A DNA stretch of 45,173 nucleotides from Actinomycetota bacterium (lineage in GTDB: Bacteria; Actinomycetota; Acidimicrobiia; Acidimicrobiales; Ilumatobacteraceae). The notes under the pieces were generated by a model. It was not told the origin of the DNA and made no database searches. It saw only the letters and a list, made by a program, of their open reading frames with translations. Location: assembly GCA_041178585.1 (NCBI GenBank), contig JBEGVD010000021.1:1-45173 (forward strand). The letters are read 5' to 3'. Below, one piece after another: positions 8,973 through 18,839 of this stretch. Each line of letters begins with the position of its first letter. The stretch's first letter is position 1. The position numbers and the translations under genes were made by a program.

Positions 8973-11258
8973 CTAGCGCGGACTGCGGCCGCGAAGCTTT
9001 GCCCACTCGCCAAATTGCGTAAGCGATGCAACGGTCGCACCCATCGACTCCGGCGCAACAGGGTGGCTAATGAGGTAACCCTGTGCTTTTGCACAACGCA
9101 ATTCGGCTAGTGCTTGTAGCTGTCGAACGCTTTCAACGCCTTCTGCAACCATGTCTAAGCCCAGTGAATCGCCCATGGCGATGATGGTGCGCACGAGTGA
9201 TCGTGCACTTAAATCATCTGCAACACCATTCACGAAAGAGCGGTCAATTTTCAAACGCTGAATCGGGAACTTTTGCAATAGCGAAAGCGAAGAGTAACCC
9301 GTACCAAAGTCATCAATAGCTACTCGCACCCCAAGCGCACACAGTTTGGTTAGTGCGTCTAGTGCTTGTTCGGGTTGCGCAATCATCACGCCTTCGGTGA
9401 CCTCGAGCCATAGCTGGTCGGGTGCAATGTGCGAGCGTTGCAATGCCTCATGAACTACTGGGACGAAGTTGGGGTCGTGAAGTTGGCGAGGACTCACGTT
9501 TACCGACATGGTGGCTTCACGACTGCATACGCCTTCGTTTATCCAGCCGCGCAAGTGGGTGAGCGCTTCGAGTAGTGCCCACGCGCCGATTGGAACAATG
9601 GTGCCGGTCTCTTCAGCAATCGGAATGAACTCTGCGGGCGAGATGATGCTGCCATCATCACGCGTCCAACGCATGAGAGCTTCAAAACCAACCACATCAC
9701 CAAGTTCAATATCGACAATAGGTTGATGAACCAAACGCAACTCCCTACGTTCCAGTGCGCGATATAGAGCAGTTTCAACGGCTAGGCGTTGCGTGACACG
9801 TTCAAGCATTGACTCGTCGAAAATTGCTACGCAGTTTCTGCCGGCATCTTTGGCTCGATACATCGCTGTGTCTGCATGTCGCAGAAGGTCGTCGGCATTA
9901 GTTGAAATACGTTTGTGAAAGGTTGCGACGCCAATGCTTGTTGAAACGAATACGTCGCCTTGGCGGAGTGAAAGGGGTTCATTGAAACTCTCAAGAATTT
10001 TGTCGGCAACGATCATGGCATCGCTTGTACCGCGTGTGCCTGGGTCCAGGATGACGAATTCATCTCCCGAAATTCGACCAACAACACAACGCTCGGGCAG
10101 AGCATTTTTCAGCCGCTGTGAAACGGCAATCAGCACATTGTCTCCAGCTTGGTGACCTAGCGAGTCATTGATGTTCTTAAATCGATCAACGTCTATAAAC
10201 AAAACTGATGGGTGTCGCTGGTCTTGTTCTGCAAACTCAAGAGCAGCATTGACATGTGCGAGCATCAGACTGCGATTAGGCAATCCCGTAAGCGCATCGG
10301 TCTGGGCTGAATGAATGAGCGAGCGCTGAGTAGTTGCATTTGTGCGAACGGCGTGGATAACCCGTGCTGTCACCGCAATTGTCAAGACGAAGACAGAAAC
10401 TGCTCGTACTATGCGGTCGGTTTGATCTGCTGCTTCAGTGAGTGCAAGCACAACCACCGGAATGGTGAGTGCTGCTGTAGTTGTGATGAGGCGTCCAAGA
10501 AGCGGTCGCTGAGTGCGTGCTGTACCATGCTCGGTAATTGTTGAAATGCTGTTGTGTACAAAAGCTGCCGAACAGAGAAACAAACAGAACACATATGCAG
10601 CATTGATGTATTGAACATCTATCTGGAATCGACCCGAATCGTTTGCCGCATACAGAAAATCTCCAGCGAGCGTAAATGTTATAGCAAATGCAATGAGCCA
10701 AACAGCTGGTGTACGTGCAGCATCTCCGAATAGCAACGTTGCTAGCGAGAAGAGCACAATCGCACTGATTGCAAGTGTCGCCCCTTGAATGCCGGTAACC
10801 AGAAGAACTGTTGTGTCTTCGTTAAATGTTGGTTGAAGAAAAACCACCCAAATGAGGAACCAGGCGCCGAGCGCAACGATTAGTCCATCACCAAGAACAC
10901 TCAGCGGATCGTTGCCAATTCGGCGCCGAATAATCAGCAGCAGACCGAACGCCAGAGTGGCTTGAACCAATAAGAACAACGATTCAGGAATTGCTTGCAA
11001 GTTCACATTGGTGAATTGCTCATCCAATAACTGTGCTGTTGTCGACGCCACAGCAATGACGAAAAGTGCAGGCCACAACACCTTGTCGGGTTTATTGAAT
11101 TTCGCGGAGATGCCGAGAAACACCATGACCTGAACCGTGGCGATGAGGTAGGCGCTGTCGCTGAAGCTCGGAGAGCCACTTGTCGCAACGGCGACGGACA
11201 GGACGAGACCAACGCCAGTTAAGCCCCAAGAAAGGCGTGAAATAGGCGCAGAATTCAC
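8973..11258 (-). CDS. membrane-anchored GGDEF-EAL protein (diguanylate cyclase/phosphodiesterase)
   Basis: A polytopic N-terminal region of about 300 aa. GGDEF domain with the variant SGDEF. EAL domain with EALMRW, DDFGTGYSS, KIDRSF, EGVE and QGY. GTG start. Confidence 0.9.
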   Translation of the reverse strand: MNSAPISRLSWGLTGVGLVLSVAVATSGSPSFSDSAYLIATVQVMVFLGISAKFNKPDKVLWPALFVIAVASTTAQLLDEQFTNVNLQAIPESLFLLVQATLAFGLLLIIRRRIGNDPLSVLGDGLIVALGAWFLIWVVFLQPTFNEDTTVLLVTGIQGATLAISAIVLFSLATLLFGDAARTPAVWLIAFAITFTLAGDFLYAANDSGRFQIDVQYINAAYVFCLFLCSAAFVHNSISTITEHGTARTQRPLLGRLITTTAALTIPVVVLALTEAADQTDRIVRAVSVFVLTIAVTARVIHAVRTNATTQRSLIHSAQTDALTGLPNRSLMLAHVNAALEFAEQDQRHPSVLFIDVDRFKNINDSLGHQAGDNVLIAVSQRLKNALPERCVVGRISGDEFVILDPGTRGTSDAMIVADKILESFNEPLSLRQGDVFVSTSIGVATFHKRISTNADDLLRHADTAMYRAKDAGRNCVAIFDESMLERVTQRLAVETALYRALERRELRLVHQPIVDIELGDVVGFEALMRWTRDDGSIISPAEFIPIAEETGTIVPIGAWALLEALTHLRGWINEGVCSREATMSVNVSPRQLHDPNFVPVVHEALQRSHIAPDQLWLEVTEGVMIAQPEQALDALTKLCALGVRVAIDDFGTGYSSLSLLQKFPIQRLKIDRSFVNGVADDLSARSLVRTIIAMGDSLGLDMVAEGVESVRQLQALAELRCAKAQGYLISHPVAPESMGATVASLTQFGEWAKLRGRSPR

Positions 11259-11365
11259 TTGGCAAACGGTACAGCATCCCTTTTCACGCGCTGAGGATGG
11301 GGTACTTTTGAAGCAGGGCGGAGAACCCTAAGCCGCATTTGCGGCCTGTTTGGAGTTCCCCAAAA

Positions 11366-11974
11366 ATGTTCGTTACCCGCCACTCTCCAGTTACCGATTC
11401 GGTGCTTAAGGACCAGTTGTGGACGTTGTACAGCCGCGCATATGCGCGCACAGCTGAAGAAGCTGTCACTCACGAAATGCTGGATCGTCTGGAGTTCAAC
11501 GATCAGCTTTCGGATGCAACGAATCGTGCATGGGTGGTGTGGGAAGACAACATGCCGGTGGCTATGACCATGATCGCAACGAATGTACGTCGTACTCGTT
11601 GGCTAAGTGAGCACTACTTTAAGAAGAACTACCCGCAGCAGTTTGCGACAAATAATGTTCACTACGTGGTCTGGGCGGTTGTCGACCCGTCTTATATAAC
11701 CAAAGGTGTCAGCATGTTCATGGCGCGTCAGGCAATGGCCGTCGAAGCTCGCGAAGGTTCGTTGTTGGTTTTCGACATGCCGGAGTCCAATCAGCCAAAC
11801 GAATTGGGCGGGGCAGCTGAACTGATGCACCGAATGGCGCGTCAAGTTGGTGGCGCTCGATTGGTTCCGCTGACCGTCCAGAGGTACTACGCGCTTGATT
11901 TCTCGCCGTCGCAGGTTGAGCCTCAAGAAGTCAAAGAACAAGCACCGAACTCGTTTTCAGACTTAGTTCTTTAG
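11366..11974 (+). CDS. hypothetical protein (possibly acyltransferase-like fold; unassigned)
   Basis: Long ORF with coding-like composition and no motif I can name. The ATG at 11366 is preferred over the listed 11339. Confidence 0.5.
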   Translation: MFVTRHSPVTDSVLKDQLWTLYSRAYARTAEEAVTHEMLDRLEFNDQLSDATNRAWVVWEDNMPVAMTMIATNVRRTRWLSEHYFKKNYPQQFATNNVHYVVWAVVDPSYITKGVSMFMARQAMAVEAREGSLLVFDMPESNQPNELGGAAELMHRMARQVGGARLVPLTVQRYYALDFSPSQVEPQEVKEQAPNSFSDLVL

Positions 11975-12004
11975 CCAGTAAACCCCGCTAGATTTGGGGG
12001 CGAT

Positions 12005-12949
12005 ATGGCAGTCACGTTTGTTGTGCCCGGGGCACATCTGATGAGCGGACTCCTCGGCGAGCGAGATGAGCACCTGAGGTTCATTGAAGGCGAATTTGAA
12101 GATGTCGCTATCCGTGTGCGCGGAAACGAAGTGTCAATTTCCGGTCCTCAATCTGATGTCGTGTCCCGATTGTTCGAAGAGCTGACTGCTTTGCTGCAGC
12201 GGGGAGAGTCGCTCGATCGCTCCGTGCTCTCGCGATCAATCGTGATGGTGCAGGCAAATGAAAAGCCAAGCTTGATTCTGACCGAAGATATTCTGCGCAC
12301 TAGCAGCGGCAAGAACGTTCGCGCCAAGACTTCAGGTCAGCGAAAATATGTAGAAGCCATTCGAGACAATGTCATTACGTTTGGAATTGGCCCTGCTGGT
12401 ACGGGAAAGAGCTGGCTTGCAGTTGCAATGGCGGTACTTGCGCTAAACACAAAGCGCGTACAACGCATCATCTTGACTCGTCCTGCAGTTGAGGCAGGAG
12501 AGCGTCTCGGATTTCTGCCTGGTGATCTCACAGCGAAGATTGATCCGTATCTGCGCCCGCTTTATGACGCGTTGCACGACATGGTCGGTGCCGAAACTGC
12601 AAAGACCTATCTTGAAAAACAAATTGTCGAAGTAGCTCCACTCGCATTTATGCGAGGTCGCACCCTGAATAACAGTTTCGTCATTTTGGACGAGGCTCAA
12701 AACACCACGCCAGAACAAATGAAGATGTTTCTCACGCGTATCGGTTTTGGTTCAAAAGTTGTTGTAACGGGCGATACCACCCAGGTCGACGTGCCAGATG
12801 GGCGTAGTGGATTGCTTGGAGTCGAGCGAGTGCTCACCGGCATTAAAGACTTAACTTTTGTCCACCTGGATGCAACGGACGTAGTTCGACATCGCATCGT
12901 TGCTGACATTGTTGCTGCATACGAAAAGCAAACACCCAACCATGGCTGA
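12005..12949 (+). CDS. phoH: PhoH-like ATPase
   Basis: Walker A GPAGTGKSWLAV, Walker B ILDEAQN, and position upstream of ybeY. Confidence 0.9.
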   Translation: MAVTFVVPGAHLMSGLLGERDEHLRFIEGEFEDVAIRVRGNEVSISGPQSDVVSRLFEELTALLQRGESLDRSVLSRSIVMVQANEKPSLILTEDILRTSSGKNVRAKTSGQRKYVEAIRDNVITFGIGPAGTGKSWLAVAMAVLALNTKRVQRIILTRPAVEAGERLGFLPGDLTAKIDPYLRPLYDALHDMVGAETAKTYLEKQIVEVAPLAFMRGRTLNNSFVILDEAQNTTPEQMKMFLTRIGFGSKVVVTGDTTQVDVPDGRSGLLGVERVLTGIKDLTFVHLDATDVVRHRIVADIVAAYEKQTPNHG

Positions 12950-13541
12950 ATCGCGACCGGGTGTTTCTAAGCCTCGTCGCGTTGGTGGCGACGGGGAACC
13001 AGAAGTGTTTATGGCGGACGAGCAGCAGGATCTTGAAATTGATCTTGCGCGTTGGCAGAACCTGGCACTAGACGTTCTACGTGCGGAAGGTGTCAAGGGT
13101 TTGACTGAGATGACCGTGATGTTTATCGATGCACCAACGATGACTGAATTGAATGCTCAGTACATGGGCAAGTCGTATGCAACGGATGTGTTGTCTTTTC
13201 CTCTGGATGCTGTTGAGGCAACTCGATCACCAGGTCCTGGCGCGATGTCGAAAACTCCTGAGCCTTCACCGCTTGATGTTTCAGAGTTGCCGCTCCTGTT
13301 AGGTGATGTGGTCATCTGCCCGAGCGTTGCGGTTGAGCAGGCTCCACGTCACGCAGGAACTGTTGATGATGAACTAGCACTACTTCTGGTTCATGGCATA
13401 CTTCACGTTCTGGGAAATGACCACGACAATCCGGAAGCAGAAGCTGCGATGCATGCTCGTGAGCGAAAGCACCTAGAAGCATTTCACTGGGGCCATGCTG
13501 CGCCAGAACAATTCCGACATATCCAGGAGATAAACCAGTAA
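12942..13541 (+). CDS. ybeY: rRNA maturation endoribonuclease YbeY
   Basis: Zinc motif HGILHVLGNDH. The start is either ATG 12942 (8-nt overlap with phoH) or ATG 13011. Confidence 0.85.
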   Translation: MAESRPGVSKPRRVGGDGEPEVFMADEQQDLEIDLARWQNLALDVLRAEGVKGLTEMTVMFIDAPTMTELNAQYMGKSYATDVLSFPLDAVEATRSPGPGAMSKTPEPSPLDVSELPLLLGDVVICPSVAVEQAPRHAGTVDDELALLLVHGILHVLGNDHDNPEAEAAMHARERKHLEAFHWGHAAPEQFRHIQEINQ

Positions 13542-14821
13542 TGATGTTTGCCCAAACGCCATCGACAATTGACTATTGGATGCTTGCCGGCATTGGGTTA
13601 ATTCTTGTAGTTCTCATTTTCCTTTCGCTCGCAGAGATGAGTTTGTCTCAAATGACGAAGCCAAGAGCAGCTGCATTGGCAGAAAAAGGAGCGAAGTCGG
13701 GTAAAGCATTGGTGCGTCTCGCCGCCGAACCAACGATGTGGGTGAACCCATTGTTGCTCACGGTGAATATATTCCAAACCGTGCAGGCCACGCTCATGGG
13801 AATTGTCTCGGGTCGTTTATTTGGTCCAGCAGGAGTTGCAATCGGTGTGGTAATCAACGTTCTGTTGTTCTTTGTGCTTGCTGAGGCAGTGCCGAAGACT
13901 TATGCAGTGCTCAATCCTGTGCGTGGAGCAACTTCAACGGCACGGCCAATTTCGTTGCTTGTGCGCTTTTGGCCATTACGAGCCGCGTCAGCAGTGTTGA
14001 TCAAACTCACCAATGTCATTGTGAAGGGTGAGGGCCTTAAGCAAGGGCCATTCATTGGAGAGCAAGAGTTCTTGGGGATAGTGGAAGCTGCTGCTCAGGA
14101 GAGCGTCATTGAGCATGAAGAGCGCGAGCTCATCGAGTCCATCATCGAATTTGGTGACACCGTGGTGCGTGAGATCATGGTTCCACGACCTGATGCAGTG
14201 TTTATCGATAGCGACCTCACCGTCACTCAGGCGCTCGACAAAGCAGTAGAGGATGGCTTCAGCCGGCTACCAGTACTTCGTAAAGACGATGATGATGTAG
14301 ACGATGTTGTTGGCATTGTCTACGTGAAAGACCTTGTTATTGCAGAACGCCAAGGTAATGGTGCGAATCCGATTACCGATCTCATTCGCCAAGTTGAAGT
14401 TGTTCCCGAGAACAAATTGGTTGCCGACTTGATGCGAAGCATGCAAGCAAAGAAGTTTCATATGGTCATGGTTGCAGATGAGTACGGGATCATTGTCGGT
14501 CTTGCAACGCTTGAGGATTGTTTGGAAGAGCTTGTGGGTGAAATTGTCGACGAACACGATGATGAAGATCTCTCATTACAGACTCTCGCTAATGGCGACT
14601 ATCTCGTCATTGGGTCAATGCCAATTTCACGTCTAAACGACGAACTTGAATTGAAGGTGCCCGAGGCGGAGTACGACACCATCGGCGGCTTCATTTTCGG
14701 AATGCTCGGCCATGTTCCCGTGCAAGGCGAATCAGTTGATTTCGATGGATGGCGAATTAGCACAGAGACATTGGACGGTCGCCGCATTCAGCAAGTTCGC
14801 ATCAGCGCTATTACGCCCTAA
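13541..14821 (+). CDS. CNNM/DUF21-CBS-CorC_HlyC family protein (hemolysin-like / CorC)
   Basis: N-terminal TM DUF21 region, a CBS pair and a C-terminal transporter-associated domain. TAATG junction with ybeY. Confidence 0.85.
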   Translation: MMFAQTPSTIDYWMLAGIGLILVVLIFLSLAEMSLSQMTKPRAAALAEKGAKSGKALVRLAAEPTMWVNPLLLTVNIFQTVQATLMGIVSGRLFGPAGVAIGVVINVLLFFVLAEAVPKTYAVLNPVRGATSTARPISLLVRFWPLRAASAVLIKLTNVIVKGEGLKQGPFIGEQEFLGIVEAAAQESVIEHEERELIESIIEFGDTVVREIMVPRPDAVFIDSDLTVTQALDKAVEDGFSRLPVLRKDDDDVDDVVGIVYVKDLVIAERQGNGANPITDLIRQVEVVPENKLVADLMRSMQAKKFHMVMVADEYGIIVGLATLEDCLEELVGEIVDEHDDEDLSLQTLANGDYLVIGSMPISRLNDELELKVPEAEYDTIGGFIFGMLGHVPVQGESVDFDGWRISTETLDGRRIQQVRISAITP

Positions 14822-14838
14822 CGGCTATCGTCGGGCGA

Positions 14839-15588
14839 ATGGACATTTCGCTCGCAGGAAAAGTTGCTCTCATCACCGGTGGATCGCGTGGAATTGGTTT
14901 AGCCATAGCTAAGTCTTATGTAGATGCTGGTGCGCAAGTAATGATTACTTCACGGAAAGAGGATGCACTCCGTGATGCGGCAGCGTTCATAGGAGGAGGC
15001 ACCTCATATATTGCAGGTAACGCGGGTGACACTGAATTCGCACAGAAGTGTGTAAGTGCCACTCTTGAACAGTTCGGCAATGTTGACATTTTTGTAAACA
15101 ATGCAGCCACGAATCCGTACTCCGGACCAACGCTTGAGGTGAGTGAGTCGCAGTTCGATAAGACCTTTCAAGTCAACCTTCGCGGCCCATTGTTTTGGTG
15201 TTCGCAAGTGTGGTCCCAACACATGAAAGATAACCCTGGGGTGATCATCAACATTGCTTCTGTTGGCGGACTTCGAGCAGAGGGAAGTCTGGGTGTGTAC
15301 AACCTGACGAAGGCAGCCCTCATTCACCTCACCAGGCAATTGGCAGGGGAACTAGGGCTCACTCGAGTAGTTGGCATTGCTCCAGGGTTAGTAAAAACCG
15401 ATTTCGCTCAGATGTTGGTTGATAACTATGGCGAATCGCTTGCAAAGCGATTGCCGTGCAAGCGCCTGGGAGAGCCGCAAGATATTGCGAATCTTGCAAC
15501 GTTCCTAGCCTCGGACGCAGCAAGTTGGATTACTGGTGAAACCTATGTGATTGATGGTGGAGCAGGGGTGGCCTCTGGCGCCATGTGA
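14839..15588 (+). CDS. SDR family oxidoreductase
   Basis: ITGGSRGIGLAIA, NNAA and YNLTK. Confidence 0.85.
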   Translation: MDISLAGKVALITGGSRGIGLAIAKSYVDAGAQVMITSRKEDALRDAAAFIGGGTSYIAGNAGDTEFAQKCVSATLEQFGNVDIFVNNAATNPYSGPTLEVSESQFDKTFQVNLRGPLFWCSQVWSQHMKDNPGVIINIASVGGLRAEGSLGVYNLTKAALIHLTRQLAGELGLTRVVGIAPGLVKTDFAQMLVDNYGESLAKRLPCKRLGEPQDIANLATFLASDAASWITGETYVIDGGAGVASGAM

Positions 15589-16802
15589 TTGCGCACTTCT
15601 CGATACAGCGTTGGCCCACCTATTGCTAGAGCACCTAGTCCAATGAGTGCAGCAACTAGAAACGGCATTCGCAAGTTGGTCGAGTAGGCAATCTGACCGC
15701 CAATAAGAGCACCAATACCAATTGAGCCAGTACCAATAAATCGGTACACACTGTTTACACGGCCAAAGAGCTCGGTAGGAATAACTCGCTGCCTCAGTGA
15801 CACGGTGACAACGTTCCATGTCGTTCCTGCAAGGCCCATCAGTGATGCAGCAATAGCGACTGCCCAGACATTGGGCAGAAAGAAGTAAATGATTCCAACA
15901 GCACCAAATACGAAATACGAATAGACGATGGATTGGGCGACACCAAGTTTCTTTGCAATCTTGTCTCCTAACAAGCCTCCAAGGATCGAGCCGATTGCGG
16001 TGAGGGCAAGAAGGAATCCAAATGCGCTTCCTGTTACACCCAATTCTTCTGCCGCATACTTCACGAAAATTGCGTTACCGAACATTCCGGTCATATTGGT
16101 GATTCCAAGCATGATGGCAAGTGTGCGTATGAGTTTGTTGCTCCAAAGCCAACGAAGTCCCTCTGCGAGATCTGCCTTAAAGCTGTTTGGTATTTCCCGA
16201 GAATCGGTAGCTGATGTTGCGGCGGATGGAAGTTGAATATTTGCAACCAAAACCGCGGCAAGTGCAAACGAAGCGGCGTTAACACCGAATGGCACGCCAA
16301 CTGCAATTACAAATGCCCAGGCACCAAGCGGTAAGCCGATGAAAGTATTGGTGATCAGTTCAAGACTCGAAAGACGACCATTGGCTTTTTCGAGTAAATG
16401 ATCTGGAACGAGTTGTGGCAAAAATGCTTGAGCGGACATATCAAAAATGACCTCGCAACAGCCAACTCCAATCAGGATCGCCATGAAAATCCAAATAGAT
16501 AATGATCCAGTTGCTGCTGCAAAAGCGATAAGCCCGAATAGTGCTGCTCGGATAATGTTCGCAACGATCATGAGTTTGCGTCGATCAAACCGATCGATGT
16601 ATACCCCTGCGGGAAGTGAAAGAACAAGCCATGGAATCATGGAACAAAAGCTGACACCCGCAATCAGTCGTTCGTCACTAGTAAGCGACAGAGTGAGTAA
16701 TGGGGCTGCGGCTTGAACCATGCCGTCACCAATGTTGGAAACGCCAGTCGCTGCAAACTGTCGCCAATAGTTTGCAGGTAGCCGTTGATCGGTGATGCTC
16801 AT
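15543..16802 (-). CDS. MFS transporter
   Basis: About 12 TM segments and the MFS loop motif DRFDRRK. The 3' end overlaps the convergent SDR by 46 nt. Confidence 0.85.
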   Translation of the reverse strand: MSITDQRLPANYWRQFAATGVSNIGDGMVQAAAPLLTLSLTSDERLIAGVSFCSMIPWLVLSLPAGVYIDRFDRRKLMIVANIIRAALFGLIAFAAATGSLSIWIFMAILIGVGCCEVIFDMSAQAFLPQLVPDHLLEKANGRLSSLELITNTFIGLPLGAWAFVIAVGVPFGVNAASFALAAVLVANIQLPSAATSATDSREIPNSFKADLAEGLRWLWSNKLIRTLAIMLGITNMTGMFGNAIFVKYAAEELGVTGSAFGFLLALTAIGSILGGLLGDKIAKKLGVAQSIVYSYFVFGAVGIIYFFLPNVWAVAIAASLMGLAGTTWNVVTVSLRQRVIPTELFGRVNSVYRFIGTGSIGIGALIGGQIAYSTNLRMPFLVAALIGLGALAIGGPTLYREVRNHMAPEATPAPPSIT

Positions 16803-17917
16803 TTCAGCTTCTTTAGAACTTGAAGGTCAACCTTGCCAAGCGAAGTCATTGGGATCTCTTTCACCACACGAACTTCGGCTGGCGCACAGAAGGATGGAAG
16901 TTGAGTTTTCACATGCTGTCGAATGTTGTCAAGCGTCGGAGTAACTTCGCGTGATGAAACGATCCAGGCCACTACTCGTTGGCCCCATTGCTCGTCCTCA
17001 ATGCCACTTACGACAACTTGCATTATGCCAGGGAAAGTAGCGATGACCTCCTCAACTGCATGTGGCCAGACATTTTCACCGCCTGTAATGATCATGTCGT
17101 CAAGACGACCAAGAACCCGAATGTGATCGTGATCGAAAGTTCCGCTGTCTCCAGTTTTGAACCAACCGCCAGTTGAGTCGTTCGTGTCCAGTCCGCAGTA
17201 TGAGCGAAACAGAGAGGGTGACTTCAGCTCAATGCATTCGTTGTTGATGCGCAACTCAACACCATCAAGAGGCTTTCCGTTGTAAGCAATTCCACCGAAT
17301 GTTTCGGTCATGCCGTAGGTCGTCACAACGTTGTTCGGCAGATTCTGAGGTGCCGCTGCACCACCAAGCAAAATCGTGTTGAACAGGGTCGGATCAATTC
17401 GTTGCAATGTCGTTGGCACTAACGAGACATGCGTAGCTCCTGCGAGTGCAGCGTTCTTGACCTCAACCTCGTCAAATTTTGAGAGAACGGTGATGGGGTT
17501 TCCCAAGACAATCGAGCGGGCCACGATGCTGAAGCCTGCAACGTGGGAAACGGGGAGGCACAACAGCCAATGTGTCGATGAACTGGTATGCAGTCGCGAT
17601 TGGGACATGGCGAGCAATGATCGAATGGAGTCGTGGGTGTGTACCACACCCTTGGGCGCACCTGTTGTACCACTGGTAGCAATGACCAATGCATCGTTGT
17701 GCTGAATTGGTTCAGAGTCAGATACTTCGACGGATGTTCCTGTTGAATCAATGACAACTGACGGCTTGAACTGCTTGATAAGCGAATCTTTAGCGGCTTG
17801 GGGCAGTCGCTGGTCAATCGGAAACACCGCATCTCCTGAGTCCCAAGCATTTCGTACGTGGTTGGCGAACTCGCTGCTTGCTGGCATATCTAATGCAATT
17901 AGGCGTTTCACGGTCAT
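16799..17917 (-). CDS. menE: o-succinylbenzoate-CoA ligase (short actinobacterial-type adenylate-forming enzyme)
   Basis: TSGTTGAPKGV, YGMTET, FKTGDSG, TGGENV and C-terminal LGKV. About 370 aa, located in the men cluster. Confidence 0.7.
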   Translation of the reverse strand: MTVKRLIALDMPASSEFANHVRNAWDSGDAVFPIDQRLPQAAKDSLIKQFKPSVVIDSTGTSVEVSDSEPIQHNDALVIATSGTTGAPKGVVHTHDSIRSLLAMSQSRLHTSSSTHWLLCLPVSHVAGFSIVARSIVLGNPITVLSKFDEVEVKNAALAGATHVSLVPTTLQRIDPTLFNTILLGGAAAPQNLPNNVVTTYGMTETFGGIAYNGKPLDGVELRINNECIELKSPSLFRSYCGLDTNDSTGGWFKTGDSGTFDHDHIRVLGRLDDMIITGGENVWPHAVEEVIATFPGIMQVVVSGIEDEQWGQRVVAWIVSSREVTPTLDNIRQHVKTQLPSFCAPAEVRVVKEIPMTSLGKVDLQVLKKLK

Positions 17918-17951
17918 CAGCGTAGGCGTTCAAAAGTGAGACACTTGTTAG

Positions 17952-18839
17952 ATGGATAAACAGCCGAGCGGCGTACAACTCTGGATACTGGGTGCTCGTC
18001 CGAGAACATTGCCCGCGGCCTTTGTGCCTGTGTTTGTCGCCTTTGGTCTTGCGATTTCTCAGGAAGTGGAGACCACCAAGCTGTGGTGGTGTGGACTCTG
18101 CGCACTTGTAGTCAGTGTGGCTCTGCAAGTTGGCGTTAACTACGCAAATGATTACTCAGATGGCATCAAAGGAACAGATGCCAAGCGAGTTGGACCACTC
18201 AGGCTTGTCGGCTCTGGATTAGTTCCCGCAAAAAGCGTTAAGACAGCGGCGTTTGTTGCATTTGGTGTTGCTGCAGTGTTCGGCTTGTTAATTGCACTCG
18301 CAACAACATTGCTGCTCATACCTCTTGGTGTGTTGTGCATTGCCGCTGGTTGGTTGTACACGGGTGGACCAAAACCGTATGGTTATCTCGGTTTCGGAGA
18401 GTTGTTTGTGTTTGTGTTCTTTGGATTGGTAGCTACCTCAGGTTCGGTGTATGCCATTACCCAGACCATTGATTACAAAACAGTTATTGCTTCGTGCATC
18501 GTTGGTTTGCTTGCCTGTGCATTACTTGTCGTAAACAATCTTCGCGATATTCCAGGTGACACCACTGCGAACAAGCTGACCTTGGCCGTGCGCATGGGTG
18601 ATGGCATGACTAGGAAGTTGTATTACGCCATGTTCTTGTATGTGGTGTTACTGATTCTGCTTCTCGGTGTACGAGATCACTCAGTGCTCATTGCGCTAGT
18701 TGGCCTGGTTGCCGCTTATCCCGCATTGAAGGCAGTGAGGGCGGGAGCGCTTGGTAGAGATTTGATTCCAGTCCTAGGTGCAACTGGTAAGGCGCAATTG
18801 GCTATCGGTCTGCTACTTGCAGTTGGTTTAGCTCTGTAG
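17952..18839 (+). CDS. menA: 1,4-dihydroxy-2-naphthoate polyprenyltransferase
   Basis: UbiA-family Asp-rich motifs NDYSDGIKGTD and NNLRDIPGD; polytopic. Confidence 0.85.
   Translation: MDKQPSGVQLWILGARPRTLPAAFVPVFVAFGLAISQEVETTKLWWCGLCALVVSVALQVGVNYANDYSDGIKGTDAKRVGPLRLVGSGLVPAKSVKTAAFVAFGVAAVFGLLIALATTLLLIPLGVLCIAAGWLYTGGPKPYGYLGFGELFVFVFFGLVATSGSVYAITQTIDYKTVIASCIVGLLACALLVVNNLRDIPGDTTANKLTLAVRMGDGMTRKLYYAMFLYVVLLILLLGVRDHSVLIALVGLVAAYPALKAVRAGALGRDLIPVLGATGKAQLAIGLLLAVGLAL

Noticed and set aside
8975-8995. GC-rich palindrome (CGCGG...GCGGCCGC...) at the DUF1295/GGDEF-EAL convergent junction, considered as a bidirectional terminator
   Set aside because: It lies inside the GGDEF-EAL coding 3' end. 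The stems are only about 5 bp, and no U-tract follows on either strand.
9990-10080. SGDEF variant of the GGDEF motif, considered as evidence for an inactive cyclase domain
   Set aside because: A single G-to-S change in the first position cannot be judged inactivating from sequence alone. The rest of the domain and the EAL motifs look intact, so no claim is made.
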